Positions 40,526-50,100 of a stretch of 64,000 bases of DNA are shown here, in pieces (the first letter of the stretch is position 1; every line of letters begins with the position of its first letter). The position numbers and the translations under genes are program-made. This DNA comes from Trueperaceae bacterium (GTDB lineage: Bacteria > Deinococcota > Deinococci > Deinococcales > Trueperaceae). The notes beneath the pieces were generated by a model. The model had not been told where the DNA came from. It ran no database searches and worked only from the letters and a program-made list of their open reading frames with translations. The stretch is taken from assembly GCA_965214405.1 (NCBI GenBank), contig OZ243956.1, positions 1,024,001 to 1,088,000 on the forward strand, in the 5' to 3' direction.

Positions 40526-40599
40526 CTTTCGCCTCCCAAGGTAATTTCGAATCACACTTTAACAGCACGTCACCAAGCTTCACTGCGCGTCAGCACCCA

Positions 40600-40860
40600 A
40601 AGTCCGACCGTCCGCAGCCGTCCCTGGCACCCCTGGGCGTCCGCACCCAGACCCACCTCGCCGCAGGCAACGATGACACTCATATCATCGGGCATATCAT
40701 CGGGCGAACGGATGTTGATGGATAAGTCGCTGTTGATGACGTCGAACACGCTCGCGTCAACCGTGATGATGGTGGGCTCGGGGCCGCCGGGGCTGGGCTC
40801 TAAAGGATAGACGATGTCGCCGCCGTGCCGCAGTCGCCCATGCGGAAGTGCGAGGAGTCC
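40600..40860 (-). pseudogene. Frameshifted remnant resembling the C-terminal domain of the fasciclin protein at 55703-56689
   Basis: HFRMGDCGT, then shift to GGDIVYPLEP...ITVDA...SPDD..VIVACGEVG, versus FRVGDC...TTVDA...SPDG..VVTCGEVG. Confidence 0.55.
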
Positions 40861-40886
40861 ATCAAAGAGACCCTTTGGTAAACCGA

Positions 40887-41819
40887 TTAGAAATCTTTCT
40901 GGTCTGTTTGGAGGGATTTTTGGGGTGCGCGCCAGCTCGAGCCGTCTCGCGGGCGCGCTGCGTCCTCGAGCGTTTCCCCGAAGGGACTGCTCCACTCTCC
41001 CCCGAAAAGCTTGAGCACCCCCTTGTAAGCGTCTCGTTGCCGAGCGTCTTTAGAAAAGCCAGCCTTCCAGCCCGCTTCGGCGCGCACGACCGCGCGGTGC
41101 AGCGCGCGGTAGAGGGGCGGCTTATACATCTCTGAAAGCCGGTAGCCGCCGCGGTAGCCCTCGACCAAAAAAGGGGTCGCGGCGGGGGTGGACGCGCCGC
41201 CGATATGCAGCGCCGTCGTCCCCACCAAACGGCACTCGAAGCCCGCCGCCCGCATCCGCCAGCACCACTCCATATCTTCGTTGTAAAAGCGCAGCGTGCT
41301 GTTCATCCCCCCGACCCTCTCGACCACGTCGCGCCGGGTCATCTGCAAACAGCCCGAGAGCCAGGGGACGCTCACAGAAGGCGCGCTTCCAGCAGGTCCG
41401 GACACACGCGCCAACCTGCGGTAGTGGCGGCGGTAAGGGAGGCCCTGATTTTGCCACGCGCCCTCAGGCGTCACCACGCGCGGCCCGACCACGCCCACGT
41501 TTTCTCGCTCCAACACGCTTTGAAGCGCGGGCAACGTGTCCGCTCCGATCATCACGTCGGCGTTGAGGTGCGCCGCAAAAGGCCGCGACGAGGTCTCGAG
41601 CCAGCTTTTAAGCCCCACGTTGACCGCGTGCGCCAGGCTGTGGTTGGAGGTGTGGACGAGCCGGACGTCCCCAAAGCGTCCAACCGGGGCCGCGCCCTCG
41701 GGGCCGGTATCCACCACCAGCACGTCCGCGCCGGGTGCAAAACGCGCGACGCGTTCCAGACACGCCTGCAAAAGTTCGGGCGTGCGGTGGTGAACGACGA
41801 TAAGGCCTAGAGAAGTCAT
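40887..41819 (-). CDS. Glycosyltransferase family 2 (rhamnosyltransferase-like)
   Basis: VVDTG, AVNVG, LNAD, WLSGC, FYNEDMEWCWR motifs. Confidence 0.85.
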   Translation of the reverse strand: MTSLGLIVVHHRTPELLQACLERVARFAPGADVLVVDTGPEGAAPVGRFGDVRLVHTSNHSLAHAVNVGLKSWLETSSRPFAAHLNADVMIGADTLPALQSVLERENVGVVGPRVVTPEGAWQNQGLPYRRHYRRLARVSGPAGSAPSVSVPWLSGCLQMTRRDVVERVGGMNSTLRFYNEDMEWCWRMRAAGFECRLVGTTALHIGGASTPAATPFLVEGYRGGYRLSEMYKPPLYRALHRAVVRAEAGWKAGFSKDARQRDAYKGVLKLFGGEWSSPFGETLEDAARPRDGSSWRAPQKSLQTDQKDF

Positions 41820-41967
41820 CTCGCCTAGTGTGACACGTAAGTCCAGGTAAATATACAAACGGTCAAGCTTTTATCATGATCATCAGGGAAGCCGCAGAAT
41901 GCGCTTCTGCTTCTAAAGACAAAAGGACCGAGGCCCGAGAAAACTTGCAACTCGGTACCCGGTACTC

Positions 41968-43344
41968 GGGTGCAACATTGCTAAAGGGGATAGAAAAGGA
42001 GCTATAGGGGAAGTAAACTGGCGCATGGACAAGCCAGGCTGGGAAGAGAAAGCAAGGGCGGCATTCGAGAGGTATATCGAGGACATAAAGGCGACCCTGC
42101 CGCCGAACGCCAACTTTGCGGATATGGAAAGGGCGGTAATGAAGTTTTCGCCCGAGATCATGCGGAGTACCTTAGAAGGTTTGGCGGCTTCTAAAGATTT
42201 TTCCCCCGGAGAAGAAAGAAGTACCTAAAGGCTACTGGCGCAACGGCGTCGGTTGGAGTTATGTCAGTACAAGCTGGGGCCGAGTCGAAGTTTTAGTTCA
42301 ACGTCTGAAAACTAAAGCCGGTAAGCAGCGGCAAATCTATCTCGATGCGGCGTTGGACGAATCAGGCTGGAGTCCTGAAGCTTTGGTGCGTCTGGTTGAC
42401 TTGGGCACACGCTTACCCTATGAAGAGGCCGCGGCTGTGGCACAGTGCTTCGGTCTTGACGCCAGTCGTTTCTTGCTCAACGACATGAGCGCGGCTTGTG
42501 CCGAGAGCTGCCAAAGCGAGGTGTTGAAGCGGCTTCAAGGCGCAGAGGGCAAAACGGACAAGGTGTGCGAGGAAACCCGACCCCAGTCAATGAAGTCGGC
42601 AGGCCGCGTGATGGTTTTGCAGGTTGACGGCGTGTACGTGTTGGCTCAGCCTGAAGCGGGTTGTTGCCCCGGCCTAGAGATAAAGTCAGCCGTGCTTTAT
42701 CCACAAAACAGCCCCGGCGAGAGGTGGATGCTAGCCGACAGATGTTCGGCAGAGGCGTTCTTACCCCTGCTGGCCGGTCTACTTACGGAAGCCAAGCTCA
42801 CGCCCCAAGACACCCTTATCGGCTTAGGCGACGGCGCAGCTTGGATTGACACCATCTTTAGCTACTTAGGCGCGCTGAGAATTACCGATGTTTATCACGC
42901 CGCTGAGTATCTCGACCTTGTCATGCAAGCTATGGACTGGGATGAACAAACGCGCGCTTCTCACAGGCGAGACTGGTACAGGGCTGATATCTCCGCTCGG
43001 GACTGGCTTAAACAGCATCTACCCAGCCCTGAATGCTGGCTCACCTGGAGCGAGAAGGCCGTCACAGCTCTTCACTACCTTGAGAAACGCCTCGACTCTA
43101 TGGACTACCCCCTTTACAAAGCCGAAGGCTACCCCATCGGCTCCGGTCAAGTTGAAGGGATGAACAAAAGCGTTATCGGAAACCGCCTGAAAAGAAGCGG
43201 TATGCGTTGGTCTGAAACGGGCGCCGCTGGCATGGCCTCCTTAAGAGCCCAAACTTGTGCCAAGCATCCGCTCATTGACTTTGACACCTTACGCTTCAAC
43301 GCCTTTTCCCTTGCTGCTTTATCCCCGTAGGAAATGTTGCACCC
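41968..43344 (+). mobile_element. ISKra4/ISLre2-type IS related to 35028-36383; ORFs 42025-42228 and about 42200-43330 linked by a +1 shift
   Basis: Perfect 12-bp IRs GGGTGCAACATT; 9-bp DR CCCGGTACT; protein closely similar to the 35054-36326 transposase. Confidence 0.9.
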
Positions 43345-43502
43345 CCCGGTACTTAATCCCTCCGAACGCCCCAAAGAAACTTGACAATAAAAGAAACTTG
43401 ACAATAAGGGTCTGATAAACGGCGCGATGTGACAATTTTGTGAGGGCGGGTGTGGCGCTTTTTAAGGCTTCTAAAACGCGCCCCCTCTATACTGGGTTTT
43501 AC

Positions 43503-44501
43503 GTGACGTCTTCTCCCCATTTCGACCCATTGAGCAACCCAGCACATAGTGCTTCACCTGACACCCCACCGCGCAGTGGCCCACAAATTGGCCCGCGAAT
43601 TGGCCCACGAATCGGTGTGGCCCTCGGCGGGGGCAGCGCGCGGGGCTACGCGCATATCGGCGCGCTCCGCTCTCTAGAGCGGCACGGCTTGGCTCCCGAC
43701 GTCATCGCGGGCACGAGTTTCGGCGCGCTCATCGGCGCGCTCTACGCCGCGGGAAACCCTACCGAAACGATAAGCGCGCTCGCCAACGGCACGCGCCGCC
43801 GCGACCTCTTGGGCAACGTGGCCGATTTTGGCTTTCACAAGGCGGCGCTTTTTGGTGGGGACAAGCTCGAGGCTTACTTCGACACGCTTCTGAAGGGTCG
43901 CAGTTTTAGTGATTTGGCGCTCGAGTTCGTCGTCGTCACCACCGACGTCGACACGGGCGAGTGCGTGCTCCTACGCGAAGGCTCGCTCGCCAAGGCGCTC
44001 CGCGCCAGCGTCGCGCTGCCGGGCATTTTCGCGCCCGTCGAACTCGGCGGGCGGCGTTTGGTCGACGGGGGCTTGGGTTCGCCCGTGCCACTTGCGACCC
44101 TGGACAATTTTGACGTAGACGTCGCCATCGGCATCGGCGCGGGCGTTACGTGCAGCGAGTCGCGCCCCATCCGCGTGGCTAAAAGATGTTTGGATACGCG
44201 GGTAGGAAGGCGCGTTCACGAAGGATTGAGAGACACCCCCGGCTCGCACCCGCTGCGCGTGTTGGGTCGCGCCTTGGCCCACACCGCGAGTTCGTGGGGG
44301 GAGCGCCGCCCGCTGGACGAGGGCGCGCTGCACGTGCAAACGAAACCGCCGATTAGCTGGCTCAACTTTCACAAAGCGGCCCTGGCTATCGAGGCGGGTG
44401 AAACGGCGTTGGAGGCCTTTGTGCCGACCATTCGCCACGCTCTCACCACCCACACCACCCTTGACAACGCTCTTGCTCAGGCGGGGCTCGAGGCCGCCTA
44501 A
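43503..44501 (+). CDS. Patatin-like phospholipase (NTE/RssA type)
   Basis: GGGSARG, GTSFG, ASVALPG, DGG motifs. Confidence 0.88.
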   Translation: MTSSPHFDPLSNPAHSASPDTPPRSGPQIGPRIGPRIGVALGGGSARGYAHIGALRSLERHGLAPDVIAGTSFGALIGALYAAGNPTETISALANGTRRRDLLGNVADFGFHKAALFGGDKLEAYFDTLLKGRSFSDLALEFVVVTTDVDTGECVLLREGSLAKALRASVALPGIFAPVELGGRRLVDGGLGSPVPLATLDNFDVDVAIGIGAGVTCSESRPIRVAKRCLDTRVGRRVHEGLRDTPGSHPLRVLGRALAHTASSWGERRPLDEGALHVQTKPPISWLNFHKAALAIEAGETALEAFVPTIRHALTTHTTLDNALAQAGLEAA

Positions 44502-44938
44502 CGCGTCTCTTTTGAAGTCGAGTCCGAGTCCGAGGCCGAGTCTGAGGTCGAGGTGCCGGGCCGCCGGTTCTCCGGTTGTTTGAGATGGTAGCGAATTCCC
44601 TTGCCCGCCAACGGTTCGTCGGCAAAACGGGGGATGACGTGCAGGTGGACCTGCGGAATATGCTGACCGCCCACCTCGCCCACGTTCCAGCCCACGTTGT
44701 AGCCGTCCGGGGCGCTCTCCTCGAGCAACGTTTTAACCTCTCCCAACAACATAAAAGTTGCCGCCCACTCCTGGGGCGTGAGGTCGAAAAAGCTCTCGCA
44801 GGCTCTCAAAGGCACAATCACGCCCGAACCCGGTAGCACGTCCTGACGGGTAAACCTTAAGAAAACACAGTGCTCGTTTTTAAGCTCGAGCTTTTGGTCT
44901 GGAAACGCGTCGGGGCCGAAGTGGGGCGGGTAGCGCAT
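44498..44938 (-). CDS. HIT family hydrolase
   Basis: DGYNVGWNVG...GGQ..HLHVIPR; TACCCT 5 bp before ATG 44938. Confidence 0.85.
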   Translation of the reverse strand: MRYPPHFGPDAFPDQKLELKNEHCVFLRFTRQDVLPGSGVIVPLRACESFFDLTPQEWAATFMLLGEVKTLLEESAPDGYNVGWNVGEVGGQHIPQVHLHVIPRFADEPLAGKGIRYHLKQPENRRPGTSTSDSASDSDSTSKETR

Positions 44939-45008
44939 GGCGAAGGGTAACACAGGAAATAAAAAGGGGGACGGTTGAAGGTTGTTATACTGTTTCCGGG
45001 GTACTGAA

Positions 45009-45410
45009 GTGGCAACTATCGGCAGAGCAGAAAGCTTCTTGGCCCGTCTCAAAACCACGCGGTGGGCAACCCTTTTTACGTGGTTTGTCAGAGTCCTGAT
45101 AGCGCTAGCGTTTATCCAATCAGGCTTAACGAAAGTTATCGGCGCGCGCTTCACGCTGCTCGGAACGGATACGGACATCGGCTTCTTTTTCGAAGCTCTC
45201 TACCGCGCGAAACTTTACTGGCGTTTCATAGGTGCCGCGCAGATTCTGGCGTCCCTACTCCTCCTCATCCCACGAACGACGATGCTCGGCGCGGTGGTGT
45301 TCTTCCCCATCATGCTCAATATCTTTGTGATTACCTGGTCGCTCCGCTTTCACGGCACGGTCGTCGTTACCTCACTCATGCTGCTCGCCAACCTCTATCT
45401 GCTCCTTTAG
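45009..45410 (+). CDS. DoxX-like membrane protein (possibly slightly truncated)
   Basis: R.LIALAF..SGL.K, FFEAL, YWRFIG..Q, LLLIPRT, PI.LNI motifs. Confidence 0.7.
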   Translation: MATIGRAESFLARLKTTRWATLFTWFVRVLIALAFIQSGLTKVIGARFTLLGTDTDIGFFFEALYRAKLYWRFIGAAQILASLLLLIPRTTMLGAVVFFPIMLNIFVITWSLRFHGTVVVTSLMLLANLYLLL

Positions 45411-45486
45411 CATTGGCCCACATTGAAAGTCCTCTTTAGCGGCGAACGGACTTTGAGAAAGTAGCGTGTCAAGCAGAGGTAGGCGT

Positions 45487-46371
45487 TTAGAGAATCGCTT
45501 TGCCGAGCAGGCTCGAGGCCATCTCCACCATGATTTGCGCGGTCTTGTTCTGCGTGTCGAGAATCGGGTTGACCTCGACCAAATCTAAACTGGTCACCAC
45601 CCCCGCGTCAGCGAGGAGTTCCATGAGCAGGTGCGCCTCGCGGTAGGTGAGGCCGCCGGGCACGGGCGTGCCGACGCCGGGCGCAAGGTTCGGGTCGAGC
45701 GCGTCGGCGTCGAACGACACGTGTAGGCGCGGCACGTGGCTAAGGCGCTCCAACGCCTCGGCGGCGACCGCCGCCATCCCACGCGTGTCGATCTCTTTCA
45801 TCGTGTAGACGCCGATACCGCGCGCGCGGATGAGTTCGCGCTCATCCGGGTCTATCGAGCGAACACCAACAAAGACCACGTCCTCCGGGCGCAAAACCGC
45901 GCCGCCGCCCCAAATATCCAGCAAGCGCGGGTCACCCTCACCCAAAAGGTGCGCCAAAGGCATCCCGTGGATGTTGCCGCTCGGCGAGGTCGCGGGTGTG
46001 TTGAGGTCGGCGTGCGCGTCAATCCACAACACGCCGGTACGCCCCGCCCCGGCCACCCCCGCCACCGTGCCCATCGACACCGAGTGGTCACCGCCCAAGG
46101 CGATGGGAAAGTGATGGTCGGGAATGCTCGTAAGCACTTCGTACACCCTGCGGCACGCCTCAGCGATGGCGTCGGCGTAATGGAGACCGTTATCGTCCTC
46201 CAGCGCCTCCGGCACCGGCGACTCGACGTTGCCCAAGTCTTTGATGGTGTAACCCAGCCCGCGCAGCGTGGCCTCGAGCCTCGCCAGCCGCAACGCACTC
46301 GGCCCCATATCCACCCCCCGCCGCCCCGCGCCCAAGTCCATCGGAATACCCAAAATATTGATGGTTTTCAT
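45487..46371 (-). CDS. rocF: Arginase
   Basis: GVDMGP, GGDHS, DAHAD.N, SGNIHGMP, SFDAD.LDP, EVNP motifs. Confidence 0.95.
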   Translation of the reverse strand: MKTINILGIPMDLGAGRRGVDMGPSALRLARLEATLRGLGYTIKDLGNVESPVPEALEDDNGLHYADAIAEACRRVYEVLTSIPDHHFPIALGGDHSVSMGTVAGVAGAGRTGVLWIDAHADLNTPATSPSGNIHGMPLAHLLGEGDPRLLDIWGGGAVLRPEDVVFVGVRSIDPDERELIRARGIGVYTMKEIDTRGMAAVAAEALERLSHVPRLHVSFDADALDPNLAPGVGTPVPGGLTYREAHLLMELLADAGVVTSLDLVEVNPILDTQNKTAQIMVEMASSLLGKAIL

Positions 46372-46750
46372 GACCGAGGATAACATAAAACACGTCACAG
46401 ACGTAAAAACGGTACTTTATACACTACCACATAGTTTTATACACAAAGCTACACTTGCACAACCGAGTTGTTGCCTCGTGAGCCTCACTCACTGTTCTCT
46501 TATGGTTCATTCACCATTAAAAGTCGGAACCGTCCGCATGGCCCCATATGGCGGGGCGCTCGAGCGGCGGTTAAGTATGAGGCGAGATAGCAGAAAGCCC
46601 TACACTCCCCTTGGCATCACGCGCTATAGACTTTAGGCACGCTCGAGGCTGAGCTTAAAGGCTCGAGCGAACGGGAAGTAAAACGCGTTACAGCCTTTGT
46701 AGTTGACAACAATCAACAAGCACAAAGGCCAGTAAATTCAAGGGGGGAAG

Positions 46751-47578
46751 ATGTTCTACCACGACAGCAAACTCCAGTACACCGTCCGCGTCGACACGCC
46801 CAACCCGCTCTACGCCAAGATGCTCCAGCAGGCCATCGGCGGCGTCGAGGGCGAAATCCGGGTGATGATGCAGTACCTTTTTCAGGCTTTCGGCTCGCGC
46901 GGTCCCACCAAATACCGCGACATGCTCATGGAAACGGGCACCGAGGAGATGGGCCACGTGGAGATGCTCGCCACCGCGGTGGCGCTAAACTTAGAGGGCG
47001 CGCCCACCAAAACCGTCGAGGAGGCCGCCAAAGACCCGATGGTCGAAGCGGTCTTGGGCGGCATGAACCCGCGCCACCTGCTCTCGTCGGGCTTGGGCGC
47101 GATGCCCGTCAACTCGAACGGCGTGCCCTTCGACTGCTCGCACGTCTACGCGACGGGCAACATCGCCGCGGACATGTATGCCAACGTGACCGCCGAGTCG
47201 GGCGGACGCGCCTTGGCGGTGCGGCTTTACAACCTGACCGACGACCCCGGCATGAAGGACATGCTCAAGTTCTTGATTGCCCGCGACACCATGCACCAGG
47301 AGCAGTGGTTGGCGGTTCTGGAAGAACTCGGCGGGCCGAGCAACCACCCCATCCCCAACTCGTTCCCGCAAGACGAGGAGCTTCAGGACTACAACTACGT
47401 TTTCTTGGGCTTCAAAAAGGATGGCAGCCCGCCTCCAGAGGGGCGCTGGTCGAGTGGTGAGTCGATTGATAAGAAGGGCACCTTCACTTCACGCGTGATG
47501 CAGCCCGAAGGGCAAGAGCCCAAGCTGAGCCCGCCCAAGCCGGGGATGGGGGCGCAGAAGGAGCAGAACCCCTCGTAG
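46751..47578 (+). CDS. Manganese catalase family protein
   Basis: GGVEGE...MQYLFQ, TEEMGHVEM, N..AE..GR, ARDTMHQ motifs. Confidence 0.92.
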   Translation: MFYHDSKLQYTVRVDTPNPLYAKMLQQAIGGVEGEIRVMMQYLFQAFGSRGPTKYRDMLMETGTEEMGHVEMLATAVALNLEGAPTKTVEEAAKDPMVEAVLGGMNPRHLLSSGLGAMPVNSNGVPFDCSHVYATGNIAADMYANVTAESGGRALAVRLYNLTDDPGMKDMLKFLIARDTMHQEQWLAVLEELGGPSNHPIPNSFPQDEELQDYNYVFLGFKKDGSPPPEGRWSSGESIDKKGTFTSRVMQPEGQEPKLSPPKPGMGAQKEQNPS

Positions 47579-47617
47579 GCTCGAGGTTTAGCGCAGTAAC
47601 AGATAACATCAACAGCC

Positions 47618-47656
47618 AAGCAGCGTAGAGATTTTTATCCTCTGCGCTGCTTTTTT
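47618..47656. terminator. Intrinsic terminator between convergent genes
   Basis: AAGCAGCGTAGAG...CTCTGCGCTGCTT followed by a T run. Confidence 0.7.
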
Positions 47657-48422
47657 AGCGGCTCGAGCCATCCGCACGCAGCCACGCCTCCCACCTCACC
47701 GTTCCCCGCTCACCCTCCGGCACCGTGTTATGTCCCGCGCGAAATCCCGCCGCGAGCCCGCCAAAAAGCGGGACGTTCACCACCGACTTTTGCACGTTAA
47801 GCGCCTCCTTCCACTTCCCAGCCGCCTCCCCAAGCGTCATCACCTCCGGCCCGCCGAAGTCGGGGAGGTGTCCGCCGGGGCCGCCGTCAAGCGCACGCAC
47901 AAGGCGCGCGGCCACCTCCTCAGCCGCCACGCTCTGAACGCGGAAGTCGGTCGGGAGAGGGAGCACGAGCGGGACACGGGCGGCGCTACGGATGAGCTGA
48001 TTCACAAAGCTGTGAAACTGCGTTGCGCGGAGTATGGAGTACGGCACGCCGCTCTCGGCAACCAGCCGCTCGGCCTCCGCCTTCGCGCGGTAGTAGCCGA
48101 ACGGGATTTTATCTACGCCGACGATGGAGACGTAGATGAAGTGGCCTGTGCCAGCCTCACGAGCCGCCTCAACGAGCCGCCGGGACCCGGCAACATCGAC
48201 AGCTTGCGGCTTCCGCGGGTCGCTCGCGGCGTGGATAACGGCGTCTACGCCTTCCACCGCCTCCCGCACACCCTCACCCGTGGCGAGATCGGCCCGCGCC
48301 CACTCCACGGGTGCGCTGTTGGGGCTGCGGCTTTGGACGCGGACGGTGTGGCTATGCTCGAGCGCCGACCGAACAACGTAGCCTCCAAGGGTGCCGGTGC
48401 CGCCGGTAACGAGAATCTTCAT
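47655..48422 (-). CDS. NAD(P)-binding atypical SDR (NmrA-like)
   Basis: VTGGTGTLG, YVSIVG, YYRAK, RATQFH motifs. Confidence 0.85.
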   Translation of the reverse strand: MKILVTGGTGTLGGYVVRSALEHSHTVRVQSRSPNSAPVEWARADLATGEGVREAVEGVDAVIHAASDPRKPQAVDVAGSRRLVEAAREAGTGHFIYVSIVGVDKIPFGYYRAKAEAERLVAESGVPYSILRATQFHSFVNQLIRSAARVPLVLPLPTDFRVQSVAAEEVAARLVRALDGGPGGHLPDFGGPEVMTLGEAAGKWKEALNVQKSVVNVPLFGGLAAGFRAGHNTVPEGERGTVRWEAWLRADGSSR

Positions 48423-48473
48423 GACTGTCCTCGACTTGATGTGGTGACGCGTGAGGTCACCAGCTAGAGCCGG

Positions 48474-49406
48474 TCAAGGTGCGTAGCCGCTGAGTCGCAA
48501 AAGCTCTTGCGCGTCCACGTCCGTCCACGCTTCGACTCCCATGTCCGAATGTTTGTCCAAAAATGCCTGCACCATGCCAAAGCCAATCGTGTAACCCGTC
48601 CAGACCGGAAAGCGGTCATTACCAAACATGATTTGCCGCTGGAAGTCCAGGTTGCGCGTCGTCAAGTAAGGCAAGGCCTGCCACTGCTCGCGCTCTTGGT
48701 CCGGGGTCAGGGCCTCCGTCCAGGGCGCTGCGGCTTCAGGATAGATGAGTTTGGCGAAGCTGCTCGCCTTGCCCTCAAAGACGAGGTAGTCAACGAGTCG
48801 GAAGTCGTCAAAAGCATCGGGAAACTGTTGCAGCCAAGCGGCGTGATGGTACTCGTGAACGACACTCTGCTCGAGCCTATCCAACCCTCCCTCCAAAGGA
48901 TAGACGTTCATGTAAACGGTCGTAGCCGCGGCAGTGCCGACGACGCCCCCCATTTTTTCTAGAACGAAGTCGTCGCTCGGATGCAGGGCAAAAATGCAAA
49001 AGGTGATGGGGTCCGCCGGTAAAAGAGGTGCTGCCTTCGCTACCGCTTCCCCGACAGCGGCAGCCACGTCCGCTACCGCAACGTCACGTATGGCTTTCTC
49101 CCAGGTCTCGAGCTCGGTCATCTCGTAACCGATGTTACTCCGGATGAACGCTTCCTTATCGCTCGCGCATTCCTCAGCGTAAGGGGCCAGAGCAAGTTCC
49201 CGATAAAGCTCGGTCTTTTCCGTCAGGCGCAGGTCCGGCTCCGCTTGAAGCGCCCTGATGAAAGCCAACTGGCCTTCGTAAACAGGAACAACGCGGACGT
49301 CGGGGGGTTCTGCCCCTTGCGCCCACGACCGTCCCAAAAGAAGCAAGCAAGACAAGACGAGAAAGTGAAGCAGTTTTGTTGCCCTACTCGTTTGTTTGAT
49401 GTTCAT
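48474..49406 (-). CDS. Secreted DUF2268-like putative Zn-dependent peptidase
   Basis: Signal peptide; HEYHH, EGKA..FA, W.GY.IG motifs. Confidence 0.75.
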   Translation of the reverse strand: MNIKQTSRATKLLHFLVLSCLLLLGRSWAQGAEPPDVRVVPVYEGQLAFIRALQAEPDLRLTEKTELYRELALAPYAEECASDKEAFIRSNIGYEMTELETWEKAIRDVAVADVAAAVGEAVAKAAPLLPADPITFCIFALHPSDDFVLEKMGGVVGTAAATTVYMNVYPLEGGLDRLEQSVVHEYHHAAWLQQFPDAFDDFRLVDYLVFEGKASSFAKLIYPEAAAPWTEALTPDQEREQWQALPYLTTRNLDFQRQIMFGNDRFPVWTGYTIGFGMVQAFLDKHSDMGVEAWTDVDAQELLRLSGYAP

Positions 49407-49425
49407 GATTCTACGCTTTCCGAGT

Positions 49426-50061
49426 TTAGGAAGTCGCTTCGGGAAGCGCCGCCTCTCCCCACGCATCCGCAAAAACAAACTCAGAAAGCGCCTTACGAGA
49501 CCGCGGCGCGCGCTCCTTTTCCCTCAGGTCTTCAGCCAACACCGCCGGGTCGCCCGCGTAGCCTAGCGCGAGGCCAGCAACAACGTCGAAGTCGTCCGGG
49601 ACGCCGTAAAGCTCCCGCACCCGGTCCGGCTCGATGCCCGCCATCTGGTGAACGTGCAGTCCCACATCGGTCGCCTGAAGCACGAGATTTTCGACCGCCA
49701 TGCCGAGGTCGTGCCAGGCGTGGCGGTTCGTCCCGCCGCCTCTAGAAAACGTTTTTTTGGCGAGCGACATCATCAGCACGGGCGCGGTTTTGGCCCAATC
49801 TTGATTCTTTTCTCTCAAGCAGCTCAAGAGTTTGGCGTACGCCTCCTCTTGTTCTTTTTGAGCCACGATAAAGCGCCAGGGTTGCTCGTTAAAAGACGAG
49901 GCGGCCCAGCGGGCGGCCTCTAAGACCCGCAACAGCTTCTCCCGCTCGACGGGTTTGTCTGAGAAAGCCCTGGGACTCCACCGTTGGCGGATGGGCTCGA
50001 GCACGTCGTAGTCGGTCTGGGCGGTTTTGTCTAAGGTAACTGGACTAACGGTATCAGTCAT
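49426..50061 (-). CDS. Nitroreductase family protein
   Basis: RWSPRAF, AASSFNEQPW, HDLG, HQMAG motifs. Confidence 0.92.
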   Translation of the reverse strand: MTDTVSPVTLDKTAQTDYDVLEPIRQRWSPRAFSDKPVEREKLLRVLEAARWAASSFNEQPWRFIVAQKEQEEAYAKLLSCLREKNQDWAKTAPVLMMSLAKKTFSRGGGTNRHAWHDLGMAVENLVLQATDVGLHVHQMAGIEPDRVRELYGVPDDFDVVAGLALGYAGDPAVLAEDLREKERAPRSRKALSEFVFADAWGEAALPEATS

Positions 50062-50100
50062 ACCTTTATTGTTGTCCGCTCGAGGAACGCATGATGTAGG

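Noticed and set aside
44518..44552. Hexamer repeat encoding the SDSASDSDS tail of HIT; also GPQI-GPRI-GPRI in the patatin N-terminus
   Set aside because: Low-complexity terminal expansions with no sign of function
43503..44938. Patatin + HIT as a CBASS-like defence module
   Set aside because: The genes are convergent, the patatin is NTE/RssA housekeeping type, and no cyclase gene is adjacent
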